Source of the DNA: Flectonema sp. DT1601
Lineage: Eukaryota
Direction of reading: 5' to 3'
Assembly: GCA_964019425.1 (NCBI GenBank)
Contig: OZ025792.1
Coordinates: 124,001-188,000 of the forward strand
DNA: 64,000 bases
Shown in pieces: positions 1 to 12,360 of this stretch. Position numbers and translations under genes: made by a program. A model generated the notes under the pieces. It saw nothing but the letters and a program-made list of their open reading frames with translations. It had not been told where the DNA came from and did no database searches. The stretch's first letter is position 1. Each line of letters begins with the position of its first letter.

Positions 1-1232
1 CCAACTCCTTTAGCTGCTGACCATCTTACGATGCTGTCTTGATTCTTTAATGATTCTAATACAACTCCTAGAACTGGTTCTACTTCCTCTGGGGCGGTGT
101 CGTCTTCGTCATCATCTTCTTCTTCTTGTGATTGTTGTTGTTGTTGTTGACCACCTTTTAGATTATCAAGAAGACTTCTCATTCCTCTTTGATACCTCCA
201 CGACACTACTCTAGGTTTTAAGTATGCGAGTCCCAGTCTTTGAACAGACTTGACAAGCATCTTACTGAGCAACATGTTATTTAATTCCGTTAAGTGTTCT
301 TGAGTAAGCATATCAGAGATCAATCCCAAGTGTGGAGCTAGTTCTTCCCTTCTACCGAATTTCATAAGACTGGCGACAGCAGAGAGGGCACCTGCTTGTC
401 TGAAAACTTCTGTCTCGTCATCAGTTGGTTGAAGACACCCTCCACACCATTTAAGGAATTGAGGAAGATGTTGAGACTTCGCCATGTCTGGTCTGGTAAG
501 GAGTCGACCTACGAAGATGGCACCGACTTCACGAACTTTTCCTGGTCGTGTGAGACAGAATTGAGCAACTTCGATAAGCAAATCTTCCAATGACAAAGAG
601 TCATGCATTCCACTATCAATAGACTTAATATCAAAAGGAACTAAGACAGTATTAGTCATCCACAGTAGAAGAAGGTATCTTATTTCCCAAGTTCGTTGAG
701 GATGGTTAGCCGTCGACCAAATTAAATAATAAAAAGCATATTCAAACTGACGAACGTCATGCGGCAGGTGCGCAATTAAGTTCTTTGGACCGACCACTTT
801 CCCTAAATAATACGCTAAGACAGCAATCTCATGAAGATACGTACGTGGGTCATCATCTTCTTCAAAGGGAGCTGTGCACTTTAATATATCAATCACTTGT
901 GATGAGCCGTAACGTTGTAAGACTGCCTCTTTGTCGTCTATCGCCCTCTTCCAGAAAGCTTTGACAATTAGAGCAGCAAATTCTGGGAGGACACTTCTGA
1001 GGAGTTGACCTTGTTCTTGATAAGTATCGAGTATGTCTCTTACTCTTTTATAGTTTAGTTTTCCTTCTTTGTGAGCTTCTTCACCTCCGTCTATAATTTC
1101 ATTTAATATTTTGAGGACCTCTTCACGATGTTCTGATTTAAAGTGAGATCCCGATGCTGGGAGAGCGATATCTTCTTCGTCTTTTACTTCAATATCCTCG
1201 TACTCTTTACTAGGAGAGGTTGGGTTCGACAT
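1..1232 (-). CDS. TBCD: Tubulin-specific chaperone D (5' part; runs off the window edge)
   Basis: Absent from the ORF track because it is open-ended. Manual translation from ATG at 1232 gives MSNPTSPSKEYEDIEVK..., with TBCD-like motifs YQEQGQLL, KVVGPKNLIAHLPHDV, WEIRYLLLLWMTNTVLVPFDI and DSIVRWSAAKGVG. CAG directly precedes the ATG. Confidence 0.88.
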   Translation of the reverse strand, partial: MSNPTSPSKEYEDIEVKDEEDIALPASGSHFKSEHREEVLKILNEIIDGGEEAHKEGKLNYKRVRDILDTYQEQGQLLRSVLPEFAALIVKAFWKRAIDDKEAVLQRYGSSQVIDILKCTAPFEEDDDPRTYLHEIAVLAYYLGKVVGPKNLIAHLPHDVRQFEYAFYYLIWSTANHPQRTWEIRYLLLLWMTNTVLVPFDIKSIDSGMHDSLSLEDLLIEVAQFCLTRPGKVREVGAIFVGRLLTRPDMAKSQHLPQFLKWCGGCLQPTDDETEVFRQAGALSAVASLMKFGRREELAPHLGLISDMLTQEHLTELNNMLLSKMLVKSVQRLGLAYLKPRVVSWRYQRGMRSLLDNLKGGQQQQQQSQEEEDDDEDDTAPEEVEPVLGVVLESLKNQDSIVRWSAAKGV

Positions 1233-1575
1233 CTGTGAGTCTGACTAGTGTTTGAAATACGTAATGAATATAGAAACTGAAATCAACGGTAGTCTCCTAA
1301 GAATACTTGAATCTGTGTTAACAAAAATAAATAGTTAAATCAGAAATAACAACACGGTGATCAAATCAAATAAAACTAACACATAAAAAACGTTCTTCTA
1401 TAGTTATCTGAAACGCACAAAGTTTATCCAACACGTCGGAGAAGTCGCAATACGTACGTCGTCTTCGTTGCAAACGAATAACAGACGCTATACTGATTAC
1501 AGAAAACATTCGAATTAGCCTTCTCCCTACCTCTAGTGTTGTCGTAAAAAAGTTAAACTACTCAGATTAGCCTCA

Positions 1576-1661
1576 TATTTCATTAAACGCAGACAGAATC
1601 CTGTCGCACGGTGGAGATGAGTTTATGACCATAAGAAATATCGGCTTTTCAATCTGAATAG
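1576..1661 (+). repeat. Dispersed repeat family A, copy 1
   Basis: TATTTCATTAAACGCAGACAGAATCCTGTCGCACGG...ATGACCATAAGAAATATCGGCTTTTCAATCTGAATAG matches 60290-60380 and the reverse complement of 25586-25692. Confidence 0.85.
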
Positions 1662-1971
1662 GAATAAAAAAAATAAAAAAAAAGGAGAAAAAATAAAATA
1701 AATGATAGCGCCTCCCTAAGTAAAAAAATACACACAACCATAACCATAAAATAACAGGTCGTTCGCTTGAAGCCTCATACTTGTGTAGTAACAGTTCTAT
1801 CTGAGGATGAGACTCCAAGGGTTCTAAAACATAATTTTCGACAACTTTTTTTTTTTTTTTTTTTCGTATCTTATTCTGTGAGTGAGCGATAACTGATTAT
1901 CATCTCGTTCTACACTATCTGTGTTTTTTCGTTTTTTCTTTTTTTAAGGTAATCATTCGGAGAAGCAATTC

Positions 1972-3087
1972 CTAACTATCAGACTGATTTACTACTCTAG
2001 TATTCCAGTTTAGCTTGCTAGTGATACCGTCTAACCAGTCATGATCAAGTTTACGAAGGTTAATTACTGGAAGAGGGAACTTACTTGTACTGATACTCAC
2101 TCGTTGACCTGCTTGGAGGTCGCAAACTAGTTGTCCGTCGCAGACGATTTGAGCTGTTGGTGTTCGAGATTTCACTGGAAGAACAACATCCACACGAGAC
2201 TGCTCATTTATTAAAATAGGTCGAAATGATAGACTGCTGGGCGCAATAGGCGTGAGGAGTGTTACTGGAACACTCGGAGCTACCATTGCACCACCACAAG
2301 ACATATTATAACTAGTACTTCCTGAAGGTGTTGCTACTATAAGTCCATCACCTTCTACTAATGTTATTGAGTGACCGTCAACATATAAGTTGAACTTCCC
2401 TAACTTTCCGGATCCTGTCGGTTGGCAGATAACCACATCGTTTAGAATCTTCTGAGATAATATAATCTCTTTATTATTTTGATCCTTTATTTCACAAAGT
2501 AATCTTGTTCTTAACGTGGCGTATAAAGGGGATCCTCCCTTACCCAGAACGCGTTCCATCACAACAGACCACTTGTCTAGTGAGAAGTTTGACATAAATC
2601 CGAGTGATCCCAATCCGAACGTTACACACGGAGGTAAGGGTCCGCAATTAGGAGCCGAAAACAATCTGCTAGTGTGCAATAAAGTACCATCACCTCCCAG
2701 AACAATAATGAGGTCGATAGTGTCTATGAAGTTGCATTTCGCCCCGCGAACATTGAGAGTCGGAAAATCCTTAAGACAAGATTCCTCCACCAAAACATCC
2801 ATCTTCCTTCCCAGCAGCCAGGAAATAGCAAATGCTGCTGCGTCTGTAGTTGCTGTGCAATTCCATTTCTTAACAACCAGCACCCTCTCAGGTCGACTCT
2901 TCCAGGTTAGTTTCGCTCTTCTTCTGAGTCTCAACAGTGGATTGGAATCCTCCCATTCTAAATTAACCCGACCTCCTAAATTCTGAGCTCCTCCATTCAT
3001 TCTATCTTCACATGTTTGACGTGGCTCTCCAATACTTGTCTGCCCCACGTTGGTGGTACACCATCTCCTTATGCACCGCCTGAGCAT
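1972..3087 (-). CDS. NAD kinase, probably mitochondrion-targeted
   Basis: GGDGT motif, LND, GDGLIVATPSGSTSYNMSCGG and TPIAPSSLSFRP. Arg-rich N-terminus MLRRCIRRW. First in-frame ATG is at 3087 (the ORF track starts at a TTG). Confidence 0.93.
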   Translation of the reverse strand: MLRRCIRRWCTTNVGQTSIGEPRQTCEDRMNGGAQNLGGRVNLEWEDSNPLLRLRRRAKLTWKSRPERVLVVKKWNCTATTDAAAFAISWLLGRKMDVLVEESCLKDFPTLNVRGAKCNFIDTIDLIIVLGGDGTLLHTSRLFSAPNCGPLPPCVTFGLGSLGFMSNFSLDKWSVVMERVLGKGGSPLYATLRTRLLCEIKDQNNKEIILSQKILNDVVICQPTGSGKLGKFNLYVDGHSITLVEGDGLIVATPSGSTSYNMSCGGAMVAPSVPVTLLTPIAPSSLSFRPILINEQSRVDVVLPVKSRTPTAQIVCDGQLVCDLQAGQRVSISTSKFPLPVINLRKLDHDWLDGITSKLNWNTRVVNQSDS

Positions 3088-4335
3088 GTCATAACGGCTC
3101 CAACCTGTGAAGAGAGATATACCTCGCAATAAGCTTTACTCTTATGAAACACCTGATGGGCATTATTGCTCACTTGTGAATTGTTACTTCAGCGAGTAAC
3201 ACGACGTCTGTAAGAGTGAAAAGGGAAACCTTTTGATGACGTCCTGAAAAGTGAACTTCGAATAGCAAATAAGTGTCGTGTTGGAAACAACTAATGTCTT
3301 CAAATAGAAAGCAACATGTGAATGGGAAAACATTTGAATACATTTCCTCCTACAATATGACTTTATGAAATTCGTAAATAACAACAACAATAACAGTTTC
3401 TCTCCGAACCACCTCTCCTCGTAAAAGGGTGTCTCTACTGTCCACACGACTCCACCAAACCTTTCCGTGTGTAAAGGGGAATTGGAAACAAAAGAGGCGG
3501 TGAAACTACAAACTCACTTTGCAAATCTACCTCGTTTGATGAAATGTGTTGTGCTCATTCTGTAACACATCTTCACTCCAAGTTCAAACAGGGCAAGAGA
3601 ACACAAGAGGAAAGCATGCACTACAGATATCGTAGCTACAAACCGAAAGAGATTTCCAAAACACTCAAATAAAATAAATCAAAGAAAACAAAAAAACACA
3701 ATAATATCACCACGTCTAGCATCAGGAAGCTACAAAGTGTTGGTACAGTAAAAGTAAAAAAAACGAGTAAAGTGATCAACTATCTTCTATGATCCGTAAA
3801 CAGGTATTAGATTGTCGCATTATACGGGACAACAAACATTTGGGAATTACGTATTTCATAAAACCCTTAAGATAAAGCTTCATCTTGTTGGATCACAGAC
3901 AGTGATCCTGACGCACAGGGAAATAGATAACGGCTTTCTATCTGAATCGTTGCTTCTCCGACTTCGTCGTCAAATTAAAAAAAAAAACAAGGGGAAAAAA
4001 GAGTGGCAGTGATTTTGACAGACAGAAAATCTGTTCTTTTCAAACCAGTATTTCTTTTTTTATTTTTTAAAACTTGTCTTGTTAAATAAAGAGAAACAGA
4101 TAAGTTTATCGTAATTAAACATTTCTTAGTAAGACTAGCAGCTGCTCAGCTAACTTGTAAGAAACAACAATACCACAAAGCTAAGAATATCAAAACAGGT
4201 TGGTGGTAACCAAAAAAAAAAATTGAACAACAAAATAAACAAAAAAACCAGAACAAAAATAAAAGAGTTTTTATAATGACAATAATAATGAAAAAGAAAT
4301 AATAATAATAAAAAAAATGAACCAAAACTGATAAT

Positions 4336-5886
4336 TCAGCTGTCGGTAGCTGCTGAGGTGTTTCTGATATTCATAAGCAACAGTCCTAATCGATTGAGTC
4401 CTCTACCAGAGCTATTGACACCCCAGTAGACATCTTTACTAATGCATATGAGTTGTTTACTTTGAGTTGCTGTAAGATATGACGCAAATTGAGGATTTTG
4501 ATGATATTTCGAAACCAAAGCCTCTCTCATTACAGAACACTTTACAATCTCCCAATCACTTCTTATTACCCGATTGCATGTTAAAGATGAATCTTCTGCA
4601 CATAAAGAAGCTCTTATCTCCTCCTCCCATTTAGTACCACAGTACTTCATTGCATGAAAGAAATGACCAGCACTCTTCCACACCTTTCCTCTTATGGTCA
4701 ATTCACAAGGGAAACTATTACTTAATAGTGAGGTATTCTTGTTATTTGTAAAATGAAGTACCGCAGGTATGGTTGGCGGGGAAGGTTTCACCGCCTGTGT
4801 AAACGGCCATTTATTCAAATTAAGAGAAACTGAAGGAAGTGGCGCATCCTTCCTTGGAGACGGCCACAGCTGCTCTGAAAGGATAAAAGGCCACACTTCA
4901 TGACGTGGTACAGACTGCCACAGTAAACGTGTTATCGGATGTAGTACTGGGTTAGCACAAGACGTTAGAGCTGATAAAAAAGGATTTCTTGGATAGTTAA
5001 CAGGTACTGTTTCTGTAACATTCTCAATAAGTCTACTGGTACTTATACAATCTCTTAAGTGTTTTAATTGAATATGACTTCCAGGATGGTCGGCTGAGTC
5101 GAGGCAGGTTTTCAGGTGGTTCAATTCTTTGCAATCCAACAGCTTTGTTAAATTAACAGAAGGCTGATCGACATTCAACAATCGAATAAGTAATTGGATA
5201 TTACAAAGTGATGAAGTATCTGATGGAGGTGGTCCAGAGTGAGATGAGAATCTCTGCTGGCTTTTGTTAAGAATGCAGCGAAGTTTAATTTCGAGTTCTT
5301 CAAGTTCTCGTTCTTCTTGAAGTCTCTTTTGACGTTTCTTCGCTTCTGATATTCTCGCGATGTTCTTCCGCCGTTCTATTTCTACCGCGTCAAGTGATGA
5401 TAGTCCTCTTTCGTGTTCCTGCTTCCGCCGTAGTTCATCTCTTACACGTCCTTCTTTCCGTAGCCGCTCTCTTTTTTGTGCATCGCTGTCGTTCATTCGT
5501 TCGAGGACTGCAGTTCGCGCTACTTTTTCATTCTCCAGTACGCTTCGCTTTTGTATCATCTCACGTTGTTTCTTCTCCAGTAACTCGTGTTCTTTTTCAA
5601 CATCGGTTGCTGCCTTGTCATATTCTCGCAGCTTTTCGACTACGGCACTTTGTTGGCGTCCCCCAGAAGCCCAGTCAACTCGTATCCGAAGACGTTCTTC
5701 TTGTCGCTTTACTTGACGTTCCAATCTTTCTATTTCAACAACGTCACGTAGCTCCTCTTCATATCTCAACTTTGTTGGTGGAGTGCACATCCCTTTACTG
5801 ATTTCAGGTAGCTCGTCGTATATTAAATGGAGCTTAGTTAGCGGAGATGATGTCTTTCGGCTTTTCAACTCCGGGAGTGTAGTCAT
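4336..5886 (-). CDS. Coiled-coil protein with C-terminal NADAR (YbiA-like) domain
   Basis: C-terminus LSNSFPC..GKVWKSAGHFFHAMKY..RSDWEIVKCSVMREALVSKYHQNP..DVYWG..GRGLNRLGLLLMNIR fits the NADAR fold. N-terminal region is E/R/K-rich. ATG at 5886 follows a pyrimidine-rich CAG. Confidence 0.8.
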   Translation of the reverse strand: MTTLPELKSRKTSSPLTKLHLIYDELPEISKGMCTPPTKLRYEEELRDVVEIERLERQVKRQEERLRIRVDWASGGRQQSAVVEKLREYDKAATDVEKEHELLEKKQREMIQKRSVLENEKVARTAVLERMNDSDAQKRERLRKEGRVRDELRRKQEHERGLSSLDAVEIERRKNIARISEAKKRQKRLQEERELEELEIKLRCILNKSQQRFSSHSGPPPSDTSSLCNIQLLIRLLNVDQPSVNLTKLLDCKELNHLKTCLDSADHPGSHIQLKHLRDCISTSRLIENVTETVPVNYPRNPFLSALTSCANPVLHPITRLLWQSVPRHEVWPFILSEQLWPSPRKDAPLPSVSLNLNKWPFTQAVKPSPPTIPAVLHFTNNKNTSLLSNSFPCELTIRGKVWKSAGHFFHAMKYCGTKWEEEIRASLCAEDSSLTCNRVIRSDWEIVKCSVMREALVSKYHQNPQFASYLTATQSKQLICISKDVYWGVNSSGRGLNRLGLLLMNIRNTSAATDS

Positions 5887-6152
5887 CAGAGTAAAGCATG
5901 GATGCCACTGTGAGAGGAACAGATGGTTTTGTAAAACAGAACTTGAAAGTAAATTCACACCTTCGGTAGCCACAAATTAGAAAATCATAATTAGCTGTGA
6001 GTGAGACAATGGTATGCAAACACTACACAATACACTATAACCTCAATTAAAAATACTTAAGAAGAACGAAAAATAAAAAGGTTAACTAACATAACTACAC
6101 AGATGGAGTGGTGTAAGTGAACGACAGTCTGCTTTAGAAGAAGGCTTTACCC

Positions 6153-6374
6153 TCACGGCTCAGTCAAGTCAACAATTGTTCTTTTGTGTAATTCGGTTGA
6201 GTTTCCTTTTCTAATTACTTCCGAGGTCGAGATTTCTCTCTTCTTTATTGTATTTGGGTCTTCTAACCATCTAGGAACCCTTCCATGATAACAATAATAA
6301 GCTCCGTTAACAAATAAAATCAAGAATGAAACAGTGTGCAGTGCGATAATAATCAATCCTGCAGTGCTCGGCAT
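6153..6374 (-). CDS. Small single-pass membrane protein (73 aa), hypothetical
   Basis: MPSTAGLIIIALHTVSFLILFVNGAYYCY forms a hydrophobic helix. The ATG is preceded by ctattcacccttcag, like neighbouring genes. Confidence 0.5.
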   Translation of the reverse strand: MPSTAGLIIIALHTVSFLILFVNGAYYCYHGRVPRWLEDPNTIKKREISTSEVIRKGNSTELHKRTIVDLTEP

Positions 6375-7300
6375 GTTTGGAACTGAAGGGTGAATAGAAA
6401 GTAATTGTCGTAATAGTTTCGGGCTAAAATTAAAAAATCTTTCTTCGGACCATTCCACTTAGCCCTCTTCAGCAAAGAAAGTAAGGGAGACACTGCGGTA
6501 TCAGGCCCGTATTACTCATCGCGTTTGCCCTTCAGATATAGTTTATTAGCTGCGTATGTAAGCAGTCACAGAGGACTCAATCCGTAGCCGCTTACGAAGA
6601 CTCAGTATAGACTGTTGACATAGTGTTTGTTCGCTGTTAATATGAAATAACTGGTTATTATTAATCAGGCTAACTTGCCAACGGTGCAGTTTTTGCAAGG
6701 TACGTTTTTTTTTTTTTTTTTTTTTTTTTGAAGATTATTTTGTCTTTTTTTTCTTCCTCTTAATTTTCCACTTTTTCTCTGCAACTATCATACTCTTTTT
6801 TGAAATTTAAAAAAAAAAAAAAAAAACAACTTTTTTTTTCCTAATTTTTCGTTTCCAAAAAGTAAAATCAAGTAGCAGGAACTCACTGGTGCCACTTACC
6901 TCGTAATACATTGCTAGAAGATACCACATTTATCGAAGCAGTTAGCCTTCATTCCCTTTTTTCACAAGGGATTTCTGTAAAATGGAAAGAACACAAAAAA
7001 ACAAAAAATAAAAAAACCCCTTCATGGGAGACATACAATCAGAGAACTACATTAGCAGTCAGAAAGGATTACTTACTAGTAGTTGTAGTTTGCAGTTCTA
7101 CTAAAGGGATGATGTTTAGATGCGATTACCGAGATTATGCCGCTGTTGGATTTGAATCATCTGTTTTTTGCATAACGGGAGCGCTTCGAATATTATTTCT
7201 GACATCGACATCGAAAGAATAGTAAAAAGAGAATCAGAGCTAACAAACAAAATCAGCTACAAAAGGTACTTTACAGTTTAACAGCAAAACAAGCCCAAGC

Positions 7301-8443
7301 CTAACGGGCGTAGTTGTGTGGAACAAATGGGGCCTTTACGACAGTGGCGGTGTTATGTTTGTTACGAACCTCAACAGTAAAGGTACTGCCAGATTTGTTC
7401 AGAGGTTTCTGAACGAATCCCATTGCGATATTCTTACGCAGAGTAGGGCTGAAGGTTCCTGAGGTGACCACACCAATCTGCTCTTTGTCTTCATTCAGAA
7501 GAGGAGCTCCGTTTCTAGCAGGAGGTCCAGGGAAGGTCATACAAACACGCTTCTTAGTGACTCCATTTGTGAGGTGATCAGAGATGGTTTCAGCTCCAAC
7601 AAATCCCAACTCTGCTCTTCTTCTCTTTGAGATCAACCAATTGAGACTTGCTTCAATTGGTGAGCAGTTCTCATCCATGTCATTCCCGTACAGGCAAAGC
7701 CCGGCTTCAAGACGGAGAGTATCACGAGCTCCCAAACCTGCTGGGGTCGCTCCATTTTCCATGAGAGCCTCGAAGAGCCTCTCCAACAGACAGTTTGGGA
7801 CCGAAACCTCAAAACCATCTTCTCCAGTGTAACCACATCGGGTAATACGAGCTGGGATTATGCTGAGAAGCTTTACTTCGACTTGTTCCATGAACTTCAT
7901 TCCACCAATGACATTTCCATCCTCAGCACTAAGAAGGGTCTGAAGAACTCCGAGAGCTTTTGGTCCCTGAAGAGCAAGTAGTCCGTAGTCAGTCATCTCT
8001 TCAATCTCAATTTCTCCTTCAAACTTCTGCATGTGACCCTCAATGTGTTCCCAATCTTTTACTTTACATCCAGCGTTTACAACAACGTAAAGGGAATCTG
8101 GTCGCTTCATGATGACTGCGTCATCTTTAATTCCACCAGTTTCATTTGTTATAACTGTTAGGGATCCAGCGTTCATGGAGACTTTCTCGAAGTCAATTGG
8201 AGTGACGGACTCCCAGAACTTCTCTCTGTCCTTTCCCTTTACCATCCACTGACCCATGTGCGATACGTCAAATACGGCAGCCCCAGTTCTGCATGCCTCG
8301 TGTTCCTTAGTAACACCAAGACCATTGTAGGTGACAGGCATTTCAAATCCGGCGAAGTCAACAAATTTACATCCGACTTTCTGGTGTGCTGAGAACAACT
8401 TGGTTCTCAATAAACCTTCACAAAGGGATCTGGTGCTCTTCAT
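7301..8443 (-). CDS. gcvT: Glycine cleavage system T protein (aminomethyltransferase), mitochondrial
   Basis: FAGFEMPVTY, VFDVSHMG, RCGYTGEDGFE, GLGARDTLRLEAGLCLYG and GVVTSGTFSPTL. Confidence 0.97.
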   Translation of the reverse strand: MKSTRSLCEGLLRTKLFSAHQKVGCKFVDFAGFEMPVTYNGLGVTKEHEACRTGAAVFDVSHMGQWMVKGKDREKFWESVTPIDFEKVSMNAGSLTVITNETGGIKDDAVIMKRPDSLYVVVNAGCKVKDWEHIEGHMQKFEGEIEIEEMTDYGLLALQGPKALGVLQTLLSAEDGNVIGGMKFMEQVEVKLLSIIPARITRCGYTGEDGFEVSVPNCLLERLFEALMENGATPAGLGARDTLRLEAGLCLYGNDMDENCSPIEASLNWLISKRRRAELGFVGAETISDHLTNGVTKKRVCMTFPGPPARNGAPLLNEDKEQIGVVTSGTFSPTLRKNIAMGFVQKPLNKSGSTFTVEVRNKHNTATVVKAPFVPHNYAR

Positions 8444-11100
8444 ATTTGAATGATATTCGTAGTCTGCAGAGGTAATAAAAAGAAATAACGATAAATTTGC
8501 CTCAAAAACTTTATTTCAGCAACAATTGTTCTCATTCATTAAGAGTAACTTGGTTAGGGGGGTGAAATATTAATAATAAAATCAACAAAACAACAGATTG
8601 AATAAGTATCGATTCTTTATTTTTTTTTTTATGATGCGTCTGCGTACAGATAAAGTAAAGGAAGGAAGAAGTAATTGCTGCGAGAAAAAAAAAGAGGAAA
8701 ACCACAATGAACGATAAAGAACAAAAAAAAAAAAAGAAGACTTCTCGTTTTTCTCTTCTCTCTAAGACAAGAAACAGAACCAATAGTGCACAAGAGCTGC
8801 TTAGGCACAACAGGGCTGGTTGCTGTCAACATTCTTTCACAACACTTTCGATTCCTACTACGAATGTGTTCATGAAAGATCTAATTGGGTCGACTATTTG
8901 CATCACCTAACCACTCTTACTATGTTCTGATAACTGTTAGTCGTCTTGATGAGAGATGCAATAAAATTTTTTTTAAAAAAAAGATGGACGTGTGACCGCT
9001 TAATAAATTGGTCAAAAATATCATCTTTTTTTTTTTTTTTTTCTTTTTTCGTAGTTAATTCTTTCACTTTCTTTCGGACACCGTTCGCAGAAGCTTTTTT
9101 TTTGGAAAGAATTTACGCGAAAAGATGATCATTTCTTCTTTTTTTTTCTCTCTCTCCTTGCTTTCTTTTTTCTTTTGGGTTTTCAGTGAGGTTTGGAGTA
9201 CTTCGTTTACCAAAAAAAATGATACAATTTTTTTGATCCACAACCAGGTTACAGTGATCATTGTCACACCGTATAGAGGAAACAAAAAGCTTTGATTCAG
9301 GTACTTTGCTTAGTGATTGACATAAACCGAGTGGAGGGTAGCTGAATTATAAGTGCTCTTATTTGGTTTCAGCTGCTGATTTTGACGAAATGTTCTCGCA
9401 GAATTAATCAATTCTTTCTCCGAATACGAATATGGAGGTAGGGGGATGGGTGTGGTAGAGATTCGTGTCGTTTTTTCTCGTGTTTATAAAACCTTTTTTA
9501 AAAATAAAAAAAAATTAATGAAGAAATTCCGTGTGTTGCCCTTTTCGTATGACATTAAATTTCCAAGACCAAGCCCCTCAACAAATAGGTAGAAAAAAAC
9601 CAAACTGCGAAGTGAGCTCTCAACTCGGTCAATATAATAATGCATACACCCGGAATCATAATAACGTTATTAAACACATCTTATGCTTATATTTGCCTTG
9701 CGTGCTGACACTGCAGGCAATCAGCTAAGATTGACTCGAATTATTTCCGTTTTCTTTTGCTTTTTTCATGTCCGTTCCCGTTTTATAAAAAAACAACCTA
9801 TTTTACCTCGAGAATGAACAAAGGTGGTTAGTCTGTGGAATCTTTTACAATTGCGGTTTGCCAGCCAGGATTCCAAAAAGCATGGAAAGAAAACAGATGA
9901 TTAAAAAAAAGGGGAGAAAAGAAAGGAGAATGAAAAAAAAGAAAAGAAAAAAGACCTTTACTCTGGTTGGCTCGTCCAAAGCGGAAGGATGACACTTATT
10001 GATAAACAGATAATAAATTTTTATTTTTTTTTATTTTTTTTCTCTCTCTTTTTTTTTTTTCGTTTGATAAAAAAGAAAAGAAAAAAAACGGGAAATATTT
10101 AATTTGAAACCGACTAATCTGCGGTAGCATGGGAGAGGAGGAAAGGGAAGTGTTAACGAAGCTACTTGCTTACTAATTTCGTAGTAGAAATCAATTTAGC
10201 CACTGCTAGACTTGCTTACAAACTCGAGGTAGCGGACTACTTGGCAACCTTCTCATTAACAACAATGAGATTCATGTGCAGGCACCTGGTCTTTATTCTA
10301 ATAATACGTAATTCATGAGTGGCACTCGCAACGTCTTTTTAATTCGGACTCGACGTTACGGTAACATATGACAAAAAAAAAAAAAAAAAAAAGAAAAAAA
10401 AAAGAAAAGAAATCAAAAAGAAGCCGTCTACCATGGAGATTGCTACAATTCTCACATCACAATATAACAAATAAGAACCGGGTTCATTCTTTGCTTTTTA
10501 TTTAAGAAGCGAAAAAAAAAAATTGCTCTCAACAATGCTGTACAAACGACATGCATTTTCTCACGATCGGAACAGCCGCCATCAAGCAGCAGTATATATG
10601 TACTTCATGTGAGACGTAAAAATTAAAGTGAAAATAAAAAAAAATCACAATGTCTCCCATGGGTTATCGATCGTAATAAAAGTAGTGAATTGAGCCAGTC
10701 AATACCGGCTTTTACAGAAAAAGGTGTCCGTGAATGACACACATAAACATAAGAGAAATAGACATCAAGCCTTTTGAGCTTGCTGAGCTTCTTTTCGCGT
10801 CTTTTTAACCTTTGTTTGCTTGTTTAATTGCAGAGTACTGCGACCAAGAAAAAACAAGGTGCTTGGGGACAGGAAAAAAACCATTTCTTTGTTTTTTTTT
10901 TTATTTTTATTTTTTTTTCTTAATTTTGTCTTCACTCATGAGTTATCCAAACTTGTATTCTAAAATATTTGAAATTTTTTTTTGTTTTTTTTTTTCCGCC
11001 AAACTGGCTATTAGTAGTCGTCGCTACCCAAGTCAGCTGCGTTAGGTGATAGACCGGCTCACCAGTCATTTTATGAGAGGCGGTATGGGTGACACCATGC

Positions 11101-12360
11101 CTAGTGCTGACAGATAGGTTCTTGCATGTCTTCAGTACGGTGGAGGTGAGCAGGGAAGTTTCTCATGTCAGAGTCACCAACAATGATAGAACCAGTCTTC
11201 TGGAGACGCTTAAAGATAGATTCCTGAACATATGGAACTCCATACTTTTCACAGATCGCCTGAACACGTGGCTGAGCCTTTCTGTAGCTGAGCATCGACA
11301 AGTTTGGGTAGCAGTGATGTTCAATTTGATAATTTAACCATCCCTGTGATCCATCAATGACGTTATTAATCCAACCAGCTCTCTTTGGGTTTGATCCAGT
11401 CCAGTAGTTTGCTGATCCAGCAACTTGTCTCAAGTAGAATGAAGGAGTGTTTTGCTTAACATGACCTTCGTACTGGTACAAATCATCTCCAGCGTGGTTT
11501 GGAACAATAACAGCAAACGAGTGGATGTTTGCCCAGAGTTCAGTTAACAAGACGTTGATGATTGCGTTGCTTCCACCTTCAGCACCTAATAGATAGTAAG
11601 TAACAAGTGGAGGAAGGATAATTCTAATAAAAAGGTAAGGTGCGTACACTCTAAAGAACATAGTCACTGGTTTAACAAGGTTACGTTCAATAGGACCAGC
11701 AAAGATGTGGTACAACATGACGGGGTGTTGAGCACGCTCTAAGTGTTCCTTGTCAAGAAGCTTTCCCTGACGACGGTCACTCTCTATCAAGTAATGCTTC
11801 CAGGTGTTGGCTGCGTAGTAAATCCACTTCCATGATGCCATTCCAATTGGTAGGAGAGAGTATTTTAACCAAACAGGAATGCGCATAGCACGGGCAGGGT
11901 CGAAGTTTCTCTGAACCAAATCAGGATCGTCAGCTTCGTTAGTTGAGTAATGGTGAAGAGTGTTGTGCTCAACATCCCAGGCCTCTGGAAGCATCCAGTC
12001 TAACCAATCTCTCATTCTTGAGAAGGTACCACCACATGCCCAGGATCCTCTGTGGTAGCTACTTGGCATCACTCTGTGGTATCCTCCGTGGGAGACGTGA
12101 TGAGCAAGACTGCACCAACGAATAGTAATAGCAACACCGAGTGATACCCAAGGGAGTGCGTAGTATGGACTCATCCAAAGGGTCGCTAGTCCTAACACTA
12201 ACAAAACATCGCAGATATTCTTCATTCCTAACAAGTGGTCACGATCTCTCTTTCCCTCTTGTGAACGAAGTTCATTACCCAACTCCTTCATCGCACGACC
12301 GAATCCTTCCATGTCGACTTTCGGGATCCAGGCATCTCGCTGTGCGAGTCCCTTACACAT
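11101..12360 (-). CDS. Membrane fatty acid desaturase (DesA3-like, no cytochrome b5 domain)
   Basis: Three His boxes HHVSH, HNTLHH and QIEHH, plus an RQVAGSANY motif and TM segments. Confidence 0.9.
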   Translation of the reverse strand: MCKGLAQRDAWIPKVDMEGFGRAMKELGNELRSQEGKRDRDHLLGMKNICDVLLVLGLATLWMSPYYALPWVSLGVAITIRWCSLAHHVSHGGYHRVMPSSYHRGSWACGGTFSRMRDWLDWMLPEAWDVEHNTLHHYSTNEADDPDLVQRNFDPARAMRIPVWLKYSLLPIGMASWKWIYYAANTWKHYLIESDRRQGKLLDKEHLERAQHPVMLYHIFAGPIERNLVKPVTMFFRVYAPYLFIRIILPPLVTYYLLGAEGGSNAIINVLLTELWANIHSFAVIVPNHAGDDLYQYEGHVKQNTPSFYLRQVAGSANYWTGSNPKRAGWINNVIDGSQGWLNYQIEHHCYPNLSMLSYRKAQPRVQAICEKYGVPYVQESIFKRLQKTGSIIVGDSDMRNFPAHLHRTEDMQEPICQH

